DNA from: Clostridia bacterium
GTDB lineage: Bacteria > Bacillota > Clostridia > Christensenellales > Aristaeellaceae
Assembly (NCBI GenBank): GCA_045599485.1
Contig: JAZRWA010000062.1
Location: 10,072-42,071, forward strand
Direction: 5' to 3'
Length of the DNA stretch: 32,000 bases
Program-made: the position numbers and the translations under genes
Notes under the pieces: generated by a model
Database searches by the model: none
The model's input: only the letters and a program-made list of their open reading frames with translations
What the model was told of the DNA's origin: nothing
Part shown: positions 27,397 through 32,000 of the stretch, in pieces
How positions within the stretch are numbered: position 1 is the stretch's first letter
Layout: each line of letters opens with the position of its first letter

Positions 27397-28017
27397 ATGA
27401 AAAAGTACACGGTAAGGCGCCTTGTGATGATGGTGTTGGCCATCTTTGTGATCGGTCTGGGGTTGGAACTGTTTATTCTGTCCGCGATGGGCAGTGAAGC
27501 CAGCTCTTCGTTTGCACGGGCAACGGGGGATACCTTCGGCATTCCCTTTTCGATCAATATGATCGTGCTGAACTGCGTATATTTTGTGGCAGAGATCCTT
27601 TTCGGACGGGATCTGATCGGCCCGGGTACCTTTGTCAACTGGTGCTTTGTCGGCATCAGCGCCACCGTGTGGGAGAGCCTCCTGCAGGCGATCGGTTTTG
27701 TGCCGTCCTCCATGCCGGAGCGCGTTGCCTTTTTGCTGTCGGGCGTCATGGTGCTGTCGTTTGCGGTCTCGCTGTATCAGACCGCCGATACGGGCATTGC
27801 ACCGTATGACACGCTGGCCATCGTGCTCGCCAGAAGACTACCCATTCCGTATTTCTGGTGCCGCATGATGGTGGACTGCACCTGTGTCGTGCTGACGCTG
27901 GTATTCCATGGCGCGGTGGGTGTGGGTACGGTCATCTGTTCCTTGTGCCTTGGACCGTTTGTGGCGTTTTTCAATACGCACGCCTCACAGCAGCTGTGCG
28001 GAATGAAGAAGACGTGA
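27397..28017 (+). CDS. YczE/YitT-like integral membrane protein
   Basis: RRLVMMVLAIFVIGLGLELFILSAMGSEASSSF... followed by repeated hydrophobic segments. RBS GGGAGG. TGA stop. Family assignment is by resemblance only. Confidence 0.55.
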   Translation: MKKYTVRRLVMMVLAIFVIGLGLELFILSAMGSEASSSFARATGDTFGIPFSINMIVLNCVYFVAEILFGRDLIGPGTFVNWCFVGISATVWESLLQAIGFVPSSMPERVAFLLSGVMVLSFAVSLYQTADTGIAPYDTLAIVLARRLPIPYFWCRMMVDCTCVVLTLVFHGAVGVGTVICSLCLGPFVAFFNTHASQQLCGMKKT

Positions 28018-28039
28018 CCCGATGGATATTGTAACATAA

Positions 28040-28078
28040 CAAAACCGCCGGAGTAAATTCTCCGGCGGTATTTTCTTG
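28040..28078. terminator. Bidirectional terminator between convergent genes
   Basis: ACCGCCGGAG / CTCCGGCGGT is a 10-bp stem with AAAA on the 5' side and ATTTTCTT on the 3' side. Confidence 0.6.
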
Positions 28079-28080
28079 CA

Positions 28081-29310
28081 TTAATCCCTGGGGAGGCTTT
28101 GCATGTAAGCGTCCATGGAGGCCGCGACCACCTTGGAGCGTTCCACTGCTTCCACAACGGTGCGGGCGCCGCTGACGACGTCGCCGCTGGCGAATACGCC
28201 TTCACGGGTGGTGGCACCGTTTTCGTCGGCGACCAGCAGACCGCGGGCGTTTGCCTGCAGACCGTTGGTGCTGTTGACAAGACGGCTTCTCGGCCCCTGG
28301 GAGATGGAGATGATGGTGCTGTCGGCAGCGTACAGGATGGGCTCGGTGCCGTCGGAAACGGTCTTGCCGTTTTCGTCCTCCATGGTGCCCTGGAAGATGA
28401 CACCTTCATCCACGATGCGGACGGGCATGCGGTTGAAGACAAATTCGACCCCTTCCAGTTTGGCGTAATCGACCTCGCTCTTGCTGGCGGTCACGTGCTG
28501 GGAACGGGAGAACACACGCACATGCTGTACGCCCTTGCGGATGGCGGTACGGGCCACGTCCATGGCGGCGTTGCCGGCGCCAATGATGTTGAGGGTTTTG
28601 CCCAGGTTGTAGCTGTCGGGGTTGTTGAGGTAGTTGATGCCAAAGTGGACGTTGCCCAGCGTTTCACCGGGAATGTGCAGGGCATTGGGCTGCCATACGC
28701 CGGAACCGATGAACACGGCCTTGTAGCCATCGCGGAACATATCCTCGATGCTGATGGAAAGACCAATGCTGGTGTTGGGACGCACGCGGATGCCCTTGAG
28801 CACCAGATGATGATATTCAAACTCATCAATGACCGATTTGGGCAGACGGAACTCGGGAATGCCGTAGCGCAGCACGCCGCCGATCTTGTCCTTGCCTTCA
28901 AAGATGGTGACCTGATAGCCCTTGCGCGCCAGTTCTACGGCGATGGTCAGACCCGCGGGACCGCTGCCGATGATGGCTACCCGCATCCCGTTGGAGGGGG
29001 CGGGGCCATCGGTATTCTTGGTGGTGTAGGTGGTGGAAATATAGTTTTCGATCATGGAAAAGTGCACCGGCTGCCCCTTGCGGCCCAGCACGCAGTGACC
29101 TTCGCATTGATTCTCATGGTTGCAGACCACGGAGCAGATGACGCTGAGCGGATTGTTTTCAAACAGCATGCGGCCGGCGTCGTCGATCTTGCCGTCCAGC
29201 AGCATGCGGATCACGGTGGGAATATTGGTGTGGATGGGACAGCCCTTCTGGCACTGCGGTACTTTGCAGTTCAGACACCGCTGGGCTTCCTCCAGAACAT
29301 GAATCGCCAT
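28081..29310 (-). CDS. NAD(P)H-dependent FAD/Fe-S oxidoreductase of the GltD / SudA / NfnB (glutamate synthase small-chain-like) family
   Basis: N-terminal Cys clusters (CLNCKVPQCQKGCP, CSVVCNHENQCEGHC) and two Rossmann motifs (VAIIGSGPAGL and LNIIGAGNAAMD). RBS AAGGAG. TAA stop. Confidence 0.8.
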   Translation of the reverse strand: MAIHVLEEAQRCLNCKVPQCQKGCPIHTNIPTVIRMLLDGKIDDAGRMLFENNPLSVICSVVCNHENQCEGHCVLGRKGQPVHFSMIENYISTTYTTKNTDGPAPSNGMRVAIIGSGPAGLTIAVELARKGYQVTIFEGKDKIGGVLRYGIPEFRLPKSVIDEFEYHHLVLKGIRVRPNTSIGLSISIEDMFRDGYKAVFIGSGVWQPNALHIPGETLGNVHFGINYLNNPDSYNLGKTLNIIGAGNAAMDVARTAIRKGVQHVRVFSRSQHVTASKSEVDYAKLEGVEFVFNRMPVRIVDEGVIFQGTMEDENGKTVSDGTEPILYAADSTIISISQGPRSRLVNSTNGLQANARGLLVADENGATTREGVFASGDVVSGARTVVEAVERSKVVAASMDAYMQSLPRD

Positions 29311-29371
29311 GAAAAAATCTCCTTGTCAATCGTTGGGGATAGAATGTTTCATATTAATTATAACTGTTTTA

Positions 29372-29410
29372 GAATAAAAAACAAAGTGTCCGAAGCGGAT
29401 CGGACACTTT
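29372..29410 (-). terminator. Intrinsic terminator (minus strand) after the M42 peptidase gene
   Basis: 11-bp stem AAAGTGTCCGA / TCGGACACTTT with a 6-nt loop, followed on the minus strand by GTTTTTTATTC. Confidence 0.6.
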
Positions 29411-29468
29411 GCCTGTAAAGAAAAAAGCCGTATATGTTTCAAAAACTGAAACGGAATGGAAAACGGTG

Positions 29469-30551
29469 TCAGAAAGATGCAATGATCTCCGGCGTCATCG
29501 AGCGGACGACTGCTTCCGCCAGCTGAACGGAGGACTCAAAATCCTAAAGGGTACAGATGCCGTTCATGGAGTGGATGTAGCGTACCGGCACACCGGCGAC
29601 TACGGAAGGAATGCCCTCCAGCGCAGTATTGATGACGGCAGCGTCATTGCCGCCGCCCTCGCGGACAGAATCCTGCGCCTTGATCCCCTTCTATGCGGCC
29701 AAATCGAGCACATAACGCTGGTAGCGCGGGGAACAGATGACCGATACATCCATGTGCCGCAGCATGGGGCCGCGGCGCAGGGCGGTTTGAATGGCGTAGG
29801 ACGGGGTAAAGGTATCATCCGCCGGACAGCCCTCAAACACATAGGCGAGGTTGGGACGAACATGATTGACCGATACGCGGGCGCCTCTTTCGCCAACCTC
29901 TTCCTGGGCGGAAAGCACACCGACCACATCACAGGGCAGGTCGGCCCCTTTCAGCCTTTCCAGCGTTTCCAGCAGCGCGGCGACGCCGATGCGGCAGTCA
30001 AAGGCTTTGCCAAACAGCAGGCCTTTGCGGGTATCGGCCTGAAAACGGGAGGCGGGCACACCGGGCTCACCGATGCGGATGTGGAAATCACGGATAGCCT
30101 CCTCCCGGCTGGTGGCGCCGATATCGATGACAAAGGACGAGATCTCCGGAACGCCGCCGCTCTTTTCCGCGGCGGTCTGAAAATGCACCGGCTTGGCGGC
30201 GATGACACCGGGCAGGTATTCGCCCAGAGCGTTGCGCACCAATACATCCGCGGAGGAGAGCGCCAGGGGGCTGAAGCGGCCCAAAGTGACAAAACGGAGC
30301 GTGCCGTTTTCGTGGATGGAGTGGATCATGAATCCCACTTCATCGCTGTGCGCGTCCAGCATGATGACCGGACGGTTCCCGGTGTTTTCATTGCGGTGGA
30401 TATACAGATTGCGCATGCAGTCTTCTTCAATGGGACCGATATCATGGGCAAGCTCACGGGCGACAGTGAGTACATCGTCCTAAAAACCGGAAGGACCGAA
30501 AGCGTTGGAAAGTTTTTCAATCATTTTCAGCTGTTGTTCAATGCTGCGCAT
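29469..30551 (-). CDS. M42-family metallo-aminopeptidase (glutamyl aminopeptidase / endoglucanase-like); 360 codons with three in-frame TAGs at 30480-30482, 29691-29693 and 29544-29546 (codons 24, 287, 336)
   Basis: RBS GAGGTG. The reading is MRSIEQQLKMIEKLSNAFGPSGF-TAG-DDVLTVARELA...VIMLDAHSDEVGFMI...SAQEEVGERGA...VLDLAA-TAG-KGIKAQDSVREGGGNDAAVI...VPVRYIHSMNGICTL-TAG-DFESSVQLAEAVV...SF, then TGA at 29469-29471. It is all one frame. HSDE, QEEVG and GG.NDA are the family metal or active-site motifs. Confidence 0.85.
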
Positions 30552-30570
30552 GGTTATCACCTCGATGTTT

Positions 30571-30599
30571 ATCATACGCGGACGATGTGCCGCCGTCAA
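30571..30599 (-). promoter_or_regulatory. Sigma-70-type promoter for the M42 peptidase gene (minus strand)
   Basis: On the minus strand: TTGACG (30599-30594), a 17-nt spacer, then TATGAT (30576-30571). Confidence 0.55.
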
Positions 30600-30660
30600 G
30601 CAAAAGACGAATGCTTTGCGCGAAAAAACATGGAAGATACGGAACGAAAACAAAAACCTA

Positions 30661-30689
30661 TTGACAAATACAGCAAATTATGTAACAAT
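30661..30689 (+). promoter_or_regulatory. Candidate promoter (extended -10) heading the long rny leader
   Basis: TTGACA (30661-30666), then TG-T-AACAAT around 30681-30689. The -10 match is only moderate. Confidence 0.4.
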
Positions 30690-30880
30690 AAACTGACCGG
30701 CTGAAAGATGGAGCCCCTTGCAGGAGCTTTGTCGGGCTGTTTATTGATACGCAGCGTCTCTGTTTTTGCTCCGGACGGTTTTCAGACCGCCTGATCATGA
30801 TAAAGCAATTGAAAATTGCGATTGTTGTTTTGTTGTGTTTTGCGAATAAAGTGTTTTGCTGTGCGTTGATGGCAGCTGAA

Positions 30881-30912
30881 GCCGTGACGGTTATTGCCGC
30901 ACGGTTTTTTTC
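30881..30912 (+). terminator. Intrinsic-terminator-like hairpin inside the rny leader, about 60 nt upstream of the rny start
   Basis: CCGTGACGG / CCGCACGG stem (one bulged A) with a 6-nt loop, followed by TTTTTTT. Confidence 0.5.
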
Positions 30913-30974
30913 TGCGGTCGCCCGAGATTTTAAGTATGAGTAATTGAAAAAATCAACAGAAAGGGGAGAAAAAG

Positions 30975-32000
30975 TTGAACATTGTACTGGCAATTGTACT
31001 GATGCTGCTGTTTGCGGCGGTCGGCTGCGGTGTGGGTTATTCCTACCGCCGTTCTGTGACCGAGAAACGCATCGGCCGCACCGAAGAATACGCGCAGAAG
31101 CTGCTGGACGACGCGAGCCGCAAAGCAGCGGATATTAAAAAGGAAACCGAAATCGAAGCCAAAGAAGAAGTACTGCGCCTCAAGACCCGTTTGGACGAAG
31201 AGATCCGTACCCGCCGCAATGAAGTGCAGCATGCCGAACGCCGTGTGAATCAGCGTGAGGAAGCCCTGGACAAAAAGATGGACAATCTGGAACGGCGTGA
31301 GGAAACGCTGAACCAGAAGAGCGAGCAGACCCAGAAGCTGTACGCCGAAGCCGAAGAACTGCGGGACAAGCAGTCCAAGGAATTGGAACGCATTGCCGCG
31401 ATGACGCAGGATGAGGCCAAGCAGATGATCATCGGTCATGTGCAGAAGGACGCTTATCATGACGCCGCCGCGCTGGTGCGTGAAATTGAAGCCAAGGCAA
31501 AGGAAGAGGGCGAAAAGAAAGCCCGCAACATCATTGCCCTGGCCATCCAGAAGTGCGCCGCCGACCATGTGGCCGAAACCACCGTGTCGGTCATTAACCT
31601 GCCCAATGATGATATGAAGGGCCGCATCATCGGTCGTGAGGGCCGCAACATCCGCGCCCTTGAGACCGCTACCGGTGTGGATCTGATCATTGATGACACG
31701 CCCGAGGCGGTGATCGTTTCCGCGTTTGATCCCGTGCGCCGTGAGATCGCCCGCCTGGCCATTGAAAAGCTGATCCAGGATGGCCGCATCCATCCCGCCC
31801 GTATTGAGGAAATGGTGGAGAAGGCCAAGAAGGAAGTGGACAACCAGATCCGCGAAGCCGGCGAACAGGCTGTCTTTGAGACCGGTCAGCACAGCCTGCA
31901 TCCCGAACTGGTCAAGATCCTGGGCCGCATGCGTTATCGCACCTCCTATGGTCAGAACGTGCTGAAGCACTCCATCGAGGTCAGTCATCTGGCCGGCCTG
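30975..32000 (+). CDS. rny: Ribonuclease Y, 5' part (continues beyond the window); apparent TTG start
   Basis: Absent from the ORF track because it has no stop in the window and starts at TTG. RBS AAAGGGGAG lies 6 nt upstream. There is an N-terminal TM helix ([20 protein letters not shown]), a coiled-coil, a KH domain ([36 protein letters not shown]) and the start of an HD domain ([20 protein letters not shown]). The frame was read by hand to nt 32000 with no stop. Confidence 0.9.
   Translation, partial: MNIVLAIVLMLLFAAVGCGVGYSYRRSVTEKRIGRTEEYAQKLLDDASRKAADIKKETEIEAKEEVLRLKTRLDEEIRTRRNEVQHAERRVNQREEALDKKMDNLERREETLNQKSEQTQKLYAEAEELRDKQSKELERIAAMTQDEAKQMIIGHVQKDAYHDAAALVREIEAKAKEEGEKKARNIIALAIQKCAADHVAETTVSVINLPNDDMKGRIIGREGRNIRALETATGVDLIIDDTPEAVIVSAFDPVRREIARLAIEKLIQDGRIHPARIEEMVEKAKKEVDNQIREAGEQAVFETGQHSLHPELVKILGRMRYRTSYGQNVLKHSIEVSHLAGL

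Noticed and set aside
154-30551. The TAG-interrupted genes as ordinary pseudogenes, sequencing errors or G-to-T damage artefacts
   Set aside because: All nine lesions are the same codon. There is no accompanying TAA or TGA nonsense codon or indel. Motifs downstream of the TAGs are intact, and expression signals are intact. G-to-T artefacts should also create TAA from GAA and TGA from GGA, and none are seen. This is not fully excluded without reads or the whole genome.
154-30551. Pyrrolysine as the explanation for the in-frame TAGs
   Set aside because: The affected genes are housekeeping, cell-wall or peptidase genes rather than methylamine methyltransferases. The sites align with ordinary Glu-type positions. 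No pyl genes or obvious PYLIS-like hairpins are visible in the window.
154-30551. The TAGs as deliberate gene splits producing separately functioning halves
   Set aside because: The split points are arbitrary: codon 24 of M42, inside the kinase ATP-binding fold, and 11 codons before the VanY ExxH motif. The downstream pieces lack their own Shine-Dalgarno sequences and start codons at sensible positions.
29409-30704. 431-aa plus-strand ORF, and 352-aa minus-strand ORF 30930-31988
   Set aside because: These are shadows of the M42 peptidase (minus strand) and of rny (plus strand) respectively. The opposite-strand readings carry the real motifs.
30708-30794. 28-codon ORF (MEPLAGALSGCLLIRSVSVFAPDGFQTA) inside the rny leader as a leader peptide
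   Set aside because: It has no convincing Shine-Dalgarno sequence, no informative codon run and no recognisable family. It is kept only as a note under the leader finding.
1-32000. tRNA (including a suppressor tRNA-CUA), rRNA, CRISPR arrays, selenocysteine-type in-frame TGA
   Set aside because: I scanned the intergenic regions by eye. There are no cloverleaf or T-loop signatures, no repeat-spacer arrays, and no gene interrupted by TGA. An eye scan can miss divergent tRNAs, so tRNAscan-SE should confirm.

Overview
This looks like a chromosomal segment from a fairly GC-rich Firmicute or Clostridia-like bacterium. That placement is an inference from gene content: rny, mutS2, ispE, zapA, a U32 peptidase, ROK kinase, a MATE pump and Opp/Dpp-type ABC genes. 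I call about 29 protein genes, one holin-like pseudogene fragment, and no rRNA, tRNA or CRISPR.

Gene order:
- nrnA-like 3' end, truB, a HAD-IIA hydrolase.
- A short AT-rich islet holding a prophage remnant: a holin fragment, a small immunity-like ORF, and the C-terminal part of a MuF/SPP1-gp7-type head-morphogenesis or polymorphic-toxin gene.
- ppiB, zapA, U32 peptidase, mutS2, an OmpR-type response regulator, a histidine kinase, ispE, trmO.
- A D-Ala-D-Ala dipeptidase and a membrane protein on the minus strand, divergent from a peptide-type ABC importer (binding protein, two permeases, fused double ATPase).
- A FliB-like Cys-cluster protein, a VanY-type carboxypeptidase carrying PG-binding repeats, an esterase, a MATE pump, an acyl-ACP thioesterase, a ROK kinase, a YczE-like membrane protein, a GltD/SudA-like oxidoreductase, an M42 peptidase, and the 5' part of rny.

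Main observation: nine in-frame TAG codons interrupt six otherwise intact genes (truB, mutS2 x2, the histidine kinase, VanY, the M42 peptidase x3, and one small islet ORF).
- Family-typical sequence continues in the same frame after every TAG.
- There are no frameshifts and no in-frame TAA or TGA.
- None of the 28 visible gene ends uses TAG (16 TAA, 12 TGA).
- The simplest reading is that UAG is translated as a sense codon in this organism. Glu is the best-fitting residue at the conserved positions.
- No suppressor tRNA and no release-factor gene lie inside the window.

All coordinates, hairpins and motif matches were read by eye. No searches, RNA folding or statistics were run.
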